Shown: piece by piece, positions 28,114 to 37,551 of the stretch
Layout: the number at the start of each line of letters is the position of its first letter
How positions within the stretch are numbered: position 1 is the stretch's first letter
DNA from: an uncultured Pseudomonadota bacterium
GTDB lineage: Bacteria; Pseudomonadota; Alphaproteobacteria; JACZXZ01
Reading direction: 5' to 3'
Assembly (NCBI GenBank): GCA_963749075.1
Contig: CAVVLJ010000016.1
Span: 352,001 to 416,000, forward strand
Length of the DNA: 64,000 nt
Made by a program: the position numbers and the translations under genes
Notes under the pieces: generated by a model
Database searches by the model: none
What the model was told of the DNA's origin: nothing
Seen by the model: only the letters and a program-made list of their open reading frames with translations

Positions 28114-29145
28114 ATGCACATCGTCCTTGTCGACAACTCGATCCCCTTCGACGGCCAAAGCCCCCTGAGCCAGCCCTTGGGCGGCGCCGAGAAGGCGTTC
28201 GCCAGCCTGCCGGGGGCACTCGCGGCGCGCGGCCATCGCGTCCAGGTCTTCAACCGCGCGGCGGCGGCGGGCGAGATCGAGGGTGCCTCGTGGGAGAGCT
28301 GGCAGGGCGCGCGCCCCGCCGCCTGCGACCTCCTCGTCGCCTACCGCCGGCCGGAGTTCTTGGGCTTCGTCGCGAGCCCCGCCCAGCGCATCCTCTGGCT
28401 CGCCGGTGCCGCGCAAGAGCTGAGCGGGGACAGGGAGACCGGCCTCCTCCTCGCCTACCGCCCGGCCCTCGTCTTCATGGCCGAGGCCGAGCGGGCCGCC
28501 TACCGCCAGGGCGAGCCTGCGCTCAAGACGGCGGCGGTGCCGCCCGGCATCCGCGCCGTCTATCTCGCGGAGGTGCTACCTTCGCCCGCAGCGCAGCCCT
28601 ATGCCTTGGCGACCAGCCATCCCGGGCCGGGCCTCGAGTGGCTTATCAAGCTATGGGTCGCGGAGGTCAATCCGCTCTGCCCGCATGCCGAGCTGCGGCT
28701 CTTCTCGGCCATCCTCGACCGCGCGCTCCGCGGGGGTGCCGTGGCCGAGCCGTTCAAGGCGGTGGCGGACCTCGCCCTCGCGTCGCGCGACAAGGGCATC
28801 GCCATCCGGCCGCCCGGCTCCGACCCCGTCATGGCGGAGGCCTATCGCGGCGCCCGCGCCCACCTCTATCCCGGCGACGCGCGCGAGGTCTATTGCTTCA
28901 CCCTGGCCGAGAGCCAGGCCTGCGGCGCGCCGGCCGTGGCGCGGCCGTTCGCCGCCACGGCCGCGGAGATCGGCGTCGACGTCTCGGGTCACCTGGCGGC
29001 CGACGACGCGGCCTTCGCGCAGCGCACCCGGTCTCTCCTCCTGGACGATGACATCTACCTCAGGTTGAGCGCGGGCGCCCGGGCGCGGACGCGCGAGCGG
29101 AGCTGGGAGCGCGCCGCGGCGGCCTTCGAGGCCATTTGGCAATGA
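28114..29145 (+). CDS. Glycosyltransferase (GT4-like, GT-B fold)
   Basis: PLGGAEKAF, LYPGDAREVYCFTLAESQACGAPAV, SWERAA. Confidence 0.85.
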   Translation: MHIVLVDNSIPFDGQSPLSQPLGGAEKAFASLPGALAARGHRVQVFNRAAAAGEIEGASWESWQGARPAACDLLVAYRRPEFLGFVASPAQRILWLAGAAQELSGDRETGLLLAYRPALVFMAEAERAAYRQGEPALKTAAVPPGIRAVYLAEVLPSPAAQPYALATSHPGPGLEWLIKLWVAEVNPLCPHAELRLFSAILDRALRGGAVAEPFKAVADLALASRDKGIAIRPPGSDPVMAEAYRGARAHLYPGDAREVYCFTLAESQACGAPAVARPFAATAAEIGVDVSGHLAADDAAFAQRTRSLLLDDDIYLRLSAGARARTRERSWERAAAAFEAIWQ

Positions 29146-29173
29146 TCCCGCTTGGGGCATAATCGGCGCCGCC

Positions 29174-30136
29174 ATGCGCATCCTCTACATCACCCATACG
29201 CGGGTCGGCGACGCGGTGCTCTCGACCGGGGCGCTCGCCCGTCTCCTCGAGCGCCATCCCGGGGCGAGCGTCACGGTGGCCTGCGGGCGGGCGCCGGCCG
29301 AGCTCTTCGAGTTCGTGCCCGGGCTCGCGGAAATCTACATCATCGACAAGGAGCCGCGCGGCCGGCACTGGCTCCGGCTGTGGCGCCACGTGGTGGGGCG
29401 GCGCTGGGACGTGGTGGTCGACCTGCGCGCCTCGGCCATTGCCTATCTCCTCTTCGCGCGCGAGCGCTACGTCACCAGGCCGAGCAAGGAGCCGGTGCAC
29501 CGCCTCGTCCATCTCGCGCGCGTGCTCGGCGAGACGCAGCCGCTCGAGCCGCGCATGTGGACGGGCCCGCAGCACTGGGAGGCGGCGAGGGAGATCCTGC
29601 CCGACGGGCCGCCGGCGCTCGCGGTGGCGCCGACGGCGAACTGGCGCGGCAAGATGTGGCGCGGCGCACGCTTCGCCGAGCTCATCGAGCGCCTGACGGC
29701 ACCCGACGGCATCCTGCCGGGCGCCCGGGTCGTGGTGCTGGGCGCGGGGCCGGAGCGCAACCTCGCCCAGCCGGTCCTCGCCTCGATCAGGCCGGCGCGG
29801 CGCGTCGATCTCATCGGCAAGGTGACGCTGCTCACCGCCTATACCGTGCTGCGGCGCTGCGCCCTCTTCGTCGGCAATGATTCGGGGCTCATGCATCTCG
29901 CCGCCGCCGCCGGCATCCCGACGCTCGGGCTCTTCGGCCCGAGCCGGCCGGAGAACTACGCGCCGCGGGGCCCGCGCGCCGGCTACGTCTCGACCCCCAT
30001 CCCCTACGAGACGCTGGTGGGGCAGCCCGGCTACGACCACCGTACCACCGACACGCTGATGGACAGCCTGACCGTCGACATGGTCGAGGCCGCCGCCGTC
30101 GAGCTCTGGCAGAGAAGCATGGGTGCCGCGGCATGA
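29174..30136 (+). CDS. GT9 LPS heptosyltransferase family protein
   Basis: RVGDAVLSTG, DLRAS, FVGNDSGLMHLAAAAGIPTLGLFGPS. Confidence 0.92.
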   Translation: MRILYITHTRVGDAVLSTGALARLLERHPGASVTVACGRAPAELFEFVPGLAEIYIIDKEPRGRHWLRLWRHVVGRRWDVVVDLRASAIAYLLFARERYVTRPSKEPVHRLVHLARVLGETQPLEPRMWTGPQHWEAAREILPDGPPALAVAPTANWRGKMWRGARFAELIERLTAPDGILPGARVVVLGAGPERNLAQPVLASIRPARRVDLIGKVTLLTAYTVLRRCALFVGNDSGLMHLAAAAGIPTLGLFGPSRPENYAPRGPRAGYVSTPIPYETLVGQPGYDHRTTDTLMDSLTVDMVEAAAVELWQRSMGAAA

Positions 30137-30915
30137 GCGAGCCGGAGCTCGCCCAGCGCCCGGAGGCCCAGCACCTCTCCGCCCTCGTCGTCGCGCGCAA
30201 CGAGGAGCGCCAGCTCGCCCGCTGCCTCGCGGGCCTCGGCTTCGCCGACGAGATCGTGGTGGTGCTCGACCGCACGAGCGACCGCTCGAAGGAGATCGCC
30301 CTCGCCGCGGGCGCGCGCATCATCGAGGGCGCCTGGGAGATCGAGGGGCCGCGGCGCATGGCCGGGATCGCGGCCTGCCGCGGTCCGTGGATCCTCGAGG
30401 TCGATGCCGACGAGCGGGTGCCGCCGGAGCTTGCCGCCGAGATCCGCGCGGCCCTCCCGGGTGCCGCAGCCGGCTATTTCCTCATCCCCTTCGACAACTA
30501 CATCGGCGAGCATCTGGTGCGCTACGGCTGGGGCGCCTCCTGGGGCGTCTCGGCCGCGGTGCGGCTCTTCACCAAGGGCGCCAAGGTGTGGGGCGACCAG
30601 CGCATCCATCCCAAGCTGGCGCTCTCCGGCGAGCGGCGCTGGCTCAAGGTGCCCATGGTGCACTACGTCGACCGCAACATCTCGGACATGCTGGCGCGCC
30701 TCGACCGCTACACCACGGCGCGCGCCCGCGACCTGCGCGCCGCGGGCGACATCGGCAGCTACGCACACAATGTCCGGCGGCTGTTCTCGCGCTTCTTCAA
30801 ATGCTATGTCTCGCACCGCGGTTATCGCGAGGGGCCGTACGGCTTGCTCGTCGCCCTCATGGCGGCACTCTACCCCTTGATCTCCTATCTCAAGGCGAGA
30901 CTGGAAAAGGACTGA
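30133..30915 (+). CDS. GT2 glycosyltransferase (WaaE/KdtX-like)
   Basis: VVARNEE..LARCL, VVVLDRTSD, WILEVDADER, GYREG..GL. Confidence 0.9.
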   Translation: MSEPELAQRPEAQHLSALVVARNEERQLARCLAGLGFADEIVVVLDRTSDRSKEIALAAGARIIEGAWEIEGPRRMAGIAACRGPWILEVDADERVPPELAAEIRAALPGAAAGYFLIPFDNYIGEHLVRYGWGASWGVSAAVRLFTKGAKVWGDQRIHPKLALSGERRWLKVPMVHYVDRNISDMLARLDRYTTARARDLRAAGDIGSYAHNVRRLFSRFFKCYVSHRGYREGPYGLLVALMAALYPLISYLKARLEKD

Positions 30916-31946
30916 TGGCGCGCCTTCGTGTGCTCCAGGTGATGGCCGGCGCGCGGCACGGCGGTGCCGAGGCCTTCTTCATGCGCTTGGTGCCGGCGCT
31001 CGAGCGGGCAGGGCTCGAGCAGCGCGTCGTCATCCGGCGCGACGGCGAGCGCGCAGCCAAGCTGCAGAGCGAGGGCATCGAGACGCTCGAGCTCTCCTTC
31101 GGAGCCGTGCTCGACTGGCGCACGCCGCTCTCGCTCGGCGCCGCCATCCGCTCGTTTGCACCCCAGGTGGTGCTGACCTGGATGAGCCGCGCCAGCGCCG
31201 TCTGCCCCAGGGGCCGCTTCGTGCACGCCTCGCGCCTCGGCGGCTATTACGATCTGCGCTACTACCGCAAGAGCGACCATCTCATCGGCAACACGGCGGA
31301 CATCGTCGCCTACCTGCGCCGCGCGGGCTGGCCCGAGGAGCGCACGCATTATCTGCCGAATTTCGTCGATACGGCGGCAGCGCTGGCCACGCCGCGCGCG
31401 AGCTTGGCGACGCCCGAGGGGGCGCCGCTCCTCCTCGCCCTCGGCCGCCTCCACTCCGACAAGGCGTTCGACGTGCTTCTCGCAGCCCTCGCCGAGCTTC
31501 CGGGAGTATACTGCTGGCTCGCGGGCGAGGGGCCCGAGCGCGCGGCACTCGAGCGCCAGGCGGTACGCCTCGGGCTCGGCGGGCGCCTGCGCTTCCTCGG
31601 CTGGCGCGAGGACACGGCGGCCCTCATGGCCGCGGCCGATCTGCTCGTCTGCCCCTCGCGCATCGAGCCGCTCGGCAATGTGGTGATCGAGGCCTGGGCG
31701 CGAGCGCTGCCCGTGGTCGCGGCGGCGAGTGCTGGCCCCAAGGGCCTGATCACGGAGGGCGAGAACGGGCTCCTCGTGGCGCTCGAGGACGCCCGCGGGC
31801 TCGCCGCCGCGATCGGGCGCGTGCTCGCGGAGCCGGCGTTGGCCCGGCACCTCGCCGAAGGCGGCGGTGCAGCTCACCGGGCGGCCTTCACCAAGGAGCT
31901 CGTGGTGGCGCGCTACATGGAGTTTTTCGAGAAGGTGGCAGCCTGA
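30915..31946 (+). CDS. GT4 glycosyltransferase
   Basis: VMAGARHGGAEAFF, LGRLHSDKAFD, CPSRIEPLGNVVIEAWA. Confidence 0.9.
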   Translation: MARLRVLQVMAGARHGGAEAFFMRLVPALERAGLEQRVVIRRDGERAAKLQSEGIETLELSFGAVLDWRTPLSLGAAIRSFAPQVVLTWMSRASAVCPRGRFVHASRLGGYYDLRYYRKSDHLIGNTADIVAYLRRAGWPEERTHYLPNFVDTAAALATPRASLATPEGAPLLLALGRLHSDKAFDVLLAALAELPGVYCWLAGEGPERAALERQAVRLGLGGRLRFLGWREDTAALMAAADLLVCPSRIEPLGNVVIEAWARALPVVAAASAGPKGLITEGENGLLVALEDARGLAAAIGRVLAEPALARHLAEGGGAAHRAAFTKELVVARYMEFFEKVAA

Positions 31947-33712
31947 TGTGCGGCATCGTCGGCGTCATGATGAAGAACGGCAGCCCGCCCGACCAGGCGC
32001 TCTTGACGCGCATGTCCGACACGGTCGACCACCGCGGGCCGGAGAGCCGCGGCCGCTACTCGGTCGCCAACGTCGGCATGGTGCAGAACCGCCTCGCCAT
32101 CATCGATCTCAAGACCGGCGGCCATCCGCTCTACGAGCCCGGCGGCGGGGCGCTTGTGGGCAACGGCGAGATCTACAATTACATCGAGCTGCGCGAGGAT
32201 GCGGCACTGGCCGGCATCAACTTCGCGACGGGCTCGGATTTCGAGCCGGCACTCCACCTCTACCGGCGCCTCGGCCTCGGCTTCGTCGAGAAGCTGCGCG
32301 GCATGTACGCCATCGCCCTCCACGACGCGCCGGCCGGCCGCCTCGTGCTCGCGCGCGATCCCTTCGGCATCAAGCCGCTCTATTACGTGGAGCGGCCCGA
32401 GCTCTTCGCCTTCGCCTCCGAGCCGCGCGCGCTGATCGCGGCGGGCCTTGCCCAGCGCGTCGTCGATCCGGTGCGCCGGGCGGAGCTCGTCGAGCTGCAA
32501 TTCACCACCGGTCGCGACACGCCCTTCCTCGGCATCCGGCGGCTCCTGCCGGGCGAGACCCTCGTCCTCGCCGAGGCGCGCATCGTCGAGCGCAAGCGGC
32601 TCGACCCGCTGCCCCAGGGCGGTCCGGAGCCGATGGACGAGGAGGAGGCCCTCGAGGCGCTCGAGGCGGCGCTCGCCGACAGCGTGCGCGTCCACCAGCG
32701 CTCGGACGTGCCCTACGGCATGTTCCTCTCGGGCGGCATCGATTCCTCGAGCGTGCTGGCGCTGATGGCCAGGCTCAACGACCGCCCGGTGCGCGCCTTC
32801 ACCATCGGCTTCTCGGGCACCGAGGTGGCGGACGAGCGCGCGCTCGCCCGCACGGTCGCGCGCAAGCTCGGCGCCGAGCACGTCGAGGTGGAGTTCAGCG
32901 AAGGCGATTTCTGGCAGCTCCTGCCGAAAGTGGCGGCGGCGCTCGACGACCCGACCGCCGACTACGCGGCACTTCCCACCTACAAGCTCGCCTCCCTCGT
33001 CAAGGGCTCGCTCAAGGTGATCCTGACCGGCGAGGGCGGCGACGAGCTCTTCGCCGGCTACGGCCGCTACCGCAGCGTCGTGCGTCCCTGGTGGCAGTGG
33101 GGCCGCACCATGCGCGCGCGCGGCATCCTCGACGGGCTCGGCGTGCTGCGCGCGAACCCGGCCGGCTGGCGCGACGGCATCGCCGCGGCGGAGCTGGCGG
33201 CGGCGACGCCGGGGCGCACCAAGCTGCAAGCGGCGCAGGTGGTGGACGCCACCGACTGGCTGCCCAACGACCTGCTCACCAAGCTCGACCGCTGCCTCAT
33301 GGCGCACTCGATCGAGGGCCGCGTGCCTTTCCTCGATCCCGTCGTGGCGCGCCTGGCCTTCCGCCTGCCGGACCGCCTCAAGCTCCGCCGCGGCCTCGGC
33401 AAGTGGCTCTTGCGCAAGTGGCTCGCGCGCGCCGTTCCCGAGGCGGAGCCGATGAGCGCCAAGCGCGGCTTCACGGTACCGGTCGCCGAATGGATCGGCC
33501 GCAAGCGCGAGAGCATCGTGCCGCTCGTGGCGCGCCAGGCGGGCATACGCGAGCTCTGCCAGCCGGGCGCCGTCGAGCGGCTCTTCCTCGGCAGCGGCAA
33601 GCGCGCGGAGTTCGCCGAATGGGCGCTCCTCTTCTACGCCTGCTGGCACCAGACCCACATCATGGGGAGCGGCGGCGCCGCCGACGCCTTCGAGCTCCTC
33701 GCTACGGCGTGA
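31946..33712 (+). CDS. asnB: Asparagine synthase (glutamine-hydrolysing) family amidotransferase
   Basis: N-terminal MCGI, HRGP, RLAIIDL, NGEIYNY, ARDPFGIKPLY, FLSGGIDSS, TGEGGDELFAGY, EGRVPFLD. Confidence 0.93.
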   Translation: MCGIVGVMMKNGSPPDQALLTRMSDTVDHRGPESRGRYSVANVGMVQNRLAIIDLKTGGHPLYEPGGGALVGNGEIYNYIELREDAALAGINFATGSDFEPALHLYRRLGLGFVEKLRGMYAIALHDAPAGRLVLARDPFGIKPLYYVERPELFAFASEPRALIAAGLAQRVVDPVRRAELVELQFTTGRDTPFLGIRRLLPGETLVLAEARIVERKRLDPLPQGGPEPMDEEEALEALEAALADSVRVHQRSDVPYGMFLSGGIDSSSVLALMARLNDRPVRAFTIGFSGTEVADERALARTVARKLGAEHVEVEFSEGDFWQLLPKVAAALDDPTADYAALPTYKLASLVKGSLKVILTGEGGDELFAGYGRYRSVVRPWWQWGRTMRARGILDGLGVLRANPAGWRDGIAAAELAAATPGRTKLQAAQVVDATDWLPNDLLTKLDRCLMAHSIEGRVPFLDPVVARLAFRLPDRLKLRRGLGKWLLRKWLARAVPEAEPMSAKRGFTVPVAEWIGRKRESIVPLVARQAGIRELCQPGAVERLFLGSGKRAEFAEWALLFYACWHQTHIMGSGGAADAFELLATA

Positions 33713-33716
33713 TGCC

Positions 33717-35060
33717 ATGGCCGATGGCTTCGAGCTCGTCCTCAAGGGCGGCACCGTGGCGACGCCGGGCGGCCTCGTCGAGACCGACGTGGGCGTGCGT
33801 GCGGGCCGCATCGCCGCCTTCGGCAGCTTGGCTCTCGCCGCCGGCCGCACGGCGCTCGACGTGCGCGGACTGCATCTCCTCCCCGGCGTCATCGACACCC
33901 AGGTGCATTTCCGCGAGCCCGGCCACGAGCACAAGGAGGACCTCGCGAGCGGCACCCGCGCCGCCGCACTCGGCGGCGTCACGGCCGTGTGCGAGATGCC
34001 GAACACCCGGCCGAGCACCACCACGCGCGAGCTCCTCGAGGACAAGCTCGCGCGCGCGCGCGGCCGCGCCGCGGTCGACCATGCCTTCTTCGTGGGTGCT
34101 GCGCACGAGAATATAGGCGCGCTCGCGGCGCTCGAGCTCTTGCCCGGCTGCGCCGGCGTCAAGATGTTCATGGGGAGCTCGACCGGGAGCCTCCTCGTCC
34201 CCGATGACGAAGGGGTGCTCGCGGTGCTGCGCGCGGGGCGCCGGCGCGTGGCCGTGCACGCGGAGGACGAGGCGCGCCTCGTCGAGCGCAGGCGGATCGC
34301 CACGGACGGCGGCGACGTGCACCTCCATCCCCTATGGCGCGACGAGGAGACGGCACTCGCCGCGACGAGGCGCCTCATCGCGCACGCCCGGCGCGCGGGC
34401 CGCCGCGTCCACGTGCTGCACGTCACCACGGCGGGCGAGATGGTCTTCCTCGCCGAGCACAAGGAGATCGCCACCGTCGAGACGACGCCCCAGCATCTCA
34501 CGCTCGCGGCACCCGAGTGCTACGACCGCCTCGGCACGCTCGCCCAGATGAACCCGCCCATCCGAAGTGCCGCCCATCGCGAGGCCTTATGGCGCGCGGT
34601 CGCCCAAGGCGTGGTCGACGTGATCGGCTCCGATCATGCGCCCCATACGCTCGAGGAGAAGGCGAAGCCCTATCCCGAGAGCCCCTCGGGCATGCCCGGC
34701 GTGCAGACGCTGGTGCCGCTCCTCCTCGACCATGTCAACGCCGGCCGGCTCTCGCTCGCGCGCTTCGTCGATCTCACCAGCGCCGGTCCCGCGCGCATCT
34801 ACGGCATTGCCGGCAAGGGCCGCATCGCCCTCGGCTACGACGCGGACTTCACCATCGTCGATCTCGCGTTGAAGCGGCGCATCGAGAACGGCTGGATCGC
34901 CAGCCGCTGCGCCTGGACGCCCTTCGACGGCATGACGGTGGCCGGCTGGCCGCGCATGACCGTCATCCGCGGCCGCATCGTCATGCGCGAGGACGAGCTC
35001 CTGGGCGAGCCCGCAGGCGCCCCTTTGCGCTTTCTCGAGACGCTCGAAGCAGAAGGCTGA
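33717..35060 (+). CDS. pyrC: Dihydroorotase (long form)
   Basis: PGVIDTQVHFREPG, EMPNT, KMFMGSSTG, QMNPPIR, GSDHAPH, SGMPGVQT. Confidence 0.9.
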   Translation: MADGFELVLKGGTVATPGGLVETDVGVRAGRIAAFGSLALAAGRTALDVRGLHLLPGVIDTQVHFREPGHEHKEDLASGTRAAALGGVTAVCEMPNTRPSTTTRELLEDKLARARGRAAVDHAFFVGAAHENIGALAALELLPGCAGVKMFMGSSTGSLLVPDDEGVLAVLRAGRRRVAVHAEDEARLVERRRIATDGGDVHLHPLWRDEETALAATRRLIAHARRAGRRVHVLHVTTAGEMVFLAEHKEIATVETTPQHLTLAAPECYDRLGTLAQMNPPIRSAAHREALWRAVAQGVVDVIGSDHAPHTLEEKAKPYPESPSGMPGVQTLVPLLLDHVNAGRLSLARFVDLTSAGPARIYGIAGKGRIALGYDADFTIVDLALKRRIENGWIASRCAWTPFDGMTVAGWPRMTVIRGRIVMREDELLGEPAGAPLRFLETLEAEG

Positions 35061-35313
35061 GGCGGCGCCGGCAGGCAGGGGTTCCTCCGCTGCAAAGCCC
35101 GGACCGCTCTTGGCCATATGCGCAATCCCTAAATAGGGCTTGCATTTTTACACGTTTTGGCCCATGTATCCATCATCCGTATCTGCTTCGGCACTTGCCG
35201 ATTTGCCCCCGTTTGGGGCGCACATCTCAGCAATCCATGAGGCCGGTAACTGGAGACGCCCTTGCGCGATGGTCGCGCAGGACGCGGAGACTCATATCCA
35301 CTAGGAGGCCATC

Positions 35314-35520
35314 ATGGCTATCGGTACCGTCAAGTTCTTCAACACCCAGCGCGGCTTCGGGTTCATTCAGCCGCAGGACGGCTCGAAGGACATCTTCGTG
35401 CACGTGAGCGCCGTCGAGCGCGCCGGCATGGCGACCCTGAACGAGGGTCAGAAGGTGTCGTACGAAGTCGAGCGCGGCCGCGACGGGCGCGTCTCGGCCG
35501 TCAACCTCTCCGCCGCGTAA
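35314..35520 (+). CDS. cspA: Cold-shock protein (CspA family)
   Basis: GTVKFFNTQRGFGFIQP, DIFVHVSAV; AGGAGG RBS; long 5' leader. Confidence 0.95.
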   Translation: MAIGTVKFFNTQRGFGFIQPQDGSKDIFVHVSAVERAGMATLNEGQKVSYEVERGRDGRVSAVNLSAA

Positions 35521-35550
35521 GGCACGCGACGCCAGAGACAATTCGGGATT

Positions 35551-35595
35551 GCCGCGGCACTTCCTCGAAGGAGTGCCGCGGCGGCCCTTCTATTT
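35551..35595. terminator. Hairpin terminator between convergent csp and GNAT genes
   Basis: gccgcggcact (35551-35561) pairs with agtgccgcggc (35572-35582), followed by a pyrimidine-rich tail. Confidence 0.6.
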
Positions 35596-36072
35596 CCCGC
35601 CTGCGGCCGCCAGAAGCTTCGCCATGAAAATCCGGTCGTAGCCCGCCTCCTTGCCGCGATGCGTCTCGGCGAAGCCGAGATGCCGGTAGAGGCCGATGTT
35701 TTCCACCATCACCGCATTGGTATAGAGGCGGAGCTCCGAGAAGCCGCGCTCGAGCGCGTGGCGCTCGGCAAAGGCGACGAGCGCGCGGCCCAGCCCCTCG
35801 CCCTGACGCGCGGGATCGACGGCAATGTTCTCGAGGAAGAGATGATCCCCCTTGGGGACGAGCACGAGCACGCCCGCAAGTCCGCAGCTTGAGACAGCGA
35901 CAAAGATGCCGCCCTCGGCGACGCGCGCGGCGTAATCATCGAGCATGGGAGCCGGCGGACGGTCCATGCGCGCGAGATAGATCTCGTAGGCCCGCCGCAC
36001 GATGCGCGTGATGTCCTCGACATCGGCGGCCACAGCTGTGCGGATCGCGGTCTTGGGCGCTGGAATGCTCAT
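35590..36072 (-). CDS. GNAT family N-acetyltransferase
   Basis: LENIAVDPARQGEGLGRALV, LYTNAVMVENIGLYRHLGF. Confidence 0.9.
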   Translation of the reverse strand: MSIPAPKTAIRTAVAADVEDITRIVRRAYEIYLARMDRPPAPMLDDYAARVAEGGIFVAVSSCGLAGVLVLVPKGDHLFLENIAVDPARQGEGLGRALVAFAERHALERGFSELRLYTNAVMVENIGLYRHLGFAETHRGKEAGYDRIFMAKLLAAAGGK

Positions 36073-36216
36073 CCTCGACACCTCGCAGGTTGGGCGGTGG
36101 ACCGCGGCGCTGGCCAAGCCTATTCCGGCAATGTAACCTTGGCTGGTTAGATAGGCGGGTGGCTGCGCCGCTCGGGCATGCCGCCTTAGGCTTCCCTCAT
36201 TTCCGCTGCGTAGACC

Positions 36217-37541
36217 TTGAGCATCGCACGAAAGAGCGTCCTTGGCCTGGCCCTGCTGCTTGCGCGGGCTGCGGGAAGGCGTCGCAGCCTCAGGCAGCGC
36301 TTTGCGAGCGGGTCTCGGGCATCCTCTTCCCCGCGGACCGCATCGAGCGCCTCGAGAGCGAACGCGATGCCGGGAGCGCCCATCGGATTGCCACCCGCAT
36401 CACCTTGCGCGCGGCGGACGGGACGCTCGAGCGGCACCGCGTCGGCTGCAGCTTCGCGGGCGGCCCCTTCAGCCCCGGCCAGCTCGAGCTCGTCGAGGTC
36501 ACAAGCGACGTCGAGGGGCGGCTCAGCGCCGCGCACATGGCGGCCCTCGGCTTCGTGCTCGACCGCTTCGGAGGAAACGCCGGCGCCGCGGGGCCGGGGC
36601 CGCTCTCCCGACCGGCGCTCCGGCTCCCGCTCGGCGTCGAGACGCTTTATTTCCTGCAGCAACTCGTCAATGGCGTGACACTCGGCTGCGTCGTCTCGCT
36701 CATCGCGGTCGGCTACACGCTCATCTACGGCATCATCGGCGTCATCAATCTCTCCTTCGGCGAGATCTACATGATCGGCGCCTTCGCCGCCGTCATCGGC
36801 GCCCTCATGTTCATGATGCTCGGCGTCGCATCCCAGACGGCGAGCGTGCTCCTGGCGCTGCCCTTCGCCATGGCTCTCACCGCCGGCTACAGCATGATGA
36901 CCGACCGCCTGGTCTTCCGCCCCTTGCGCGAGGCGAGCACGCTCATGCCGCTCATCGCCTCGATCGGCCTAGCGCTCGTGCTGCAGAATTACGTCTTTCT
37001 CGTCGAGAGCGCGCGCAATCTTTGGCTGCCGGTGCACTCCGAGGACGGCATAGCGCTCGCCGCGGCCGGCAGCTTCAGCCTTTACGTCAACCGCCAGCAA
37101 GCGCTCGTCCTGGGGCTCACCGCACTCCTCGCGGGCGCCACCTGGTACATCCTCACGCGGACCCGTTTCGGCCGTGTGCAGCGCGCGTGCTCCTAGGACC
37201 GGCGCATGGCAGCGCTGCTCGGCGTCGACGTCGATCTCGTCGTCGCCTCGACCTTCGCCCTCGGCGGCGCCCTCGCCGCGGCCGGCGGGCTCATGGTCGC
37301 GAGCTATTACGGCGGGGTCAATTTCGCCATGGGCCTCTCCATGGGGCTCAAGGCGCTCACCGCCGCGATCGTGGGCGGCATCGGAAACTTCAAGGGGGCG
37401 TTGCTCGGCGGCTTCGTCGTGGCGCTGCTCGAGACTTTCTGGGCAGGCTATCTGCCGGGCGCCTACCGGGAGATCGCGGTGTTCGCGCTCCTCATCGTGC
37501 TGCTCATCTTCCGGCCGCAGGGCATTCTCGGCGAGGTGTGA
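36217..37541 (+). pseudogene. livH: LivH-type branched-chain amino acid ABC permease with N-terminal lipoprotein-like domain; frameshift at ~36264 and in-frame TAG at 37194-37196
   Basis: FLQQLVNGVTLG...GYTLIYGIIGVINLSFGEIYMIGA and FGRVQRACS*DRRMAALLG (TAG where CAG/Gln is expected). The N-terminus reconstitutes as MSIARKSVLGLALLLAGCGK. Confidence 0.8.
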
Positions 37542-37551
37542 GGGCGGCAGC

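Noticed and set aside
37194-37196. Amber recoding (pyrrolysine or alternative genetic code) in livH
   Set aside because: TAG is a genuine stop for glyQ, glyS, bdhA and the K+ channel in this window. A CAG-to-TAG change or error is simpler.
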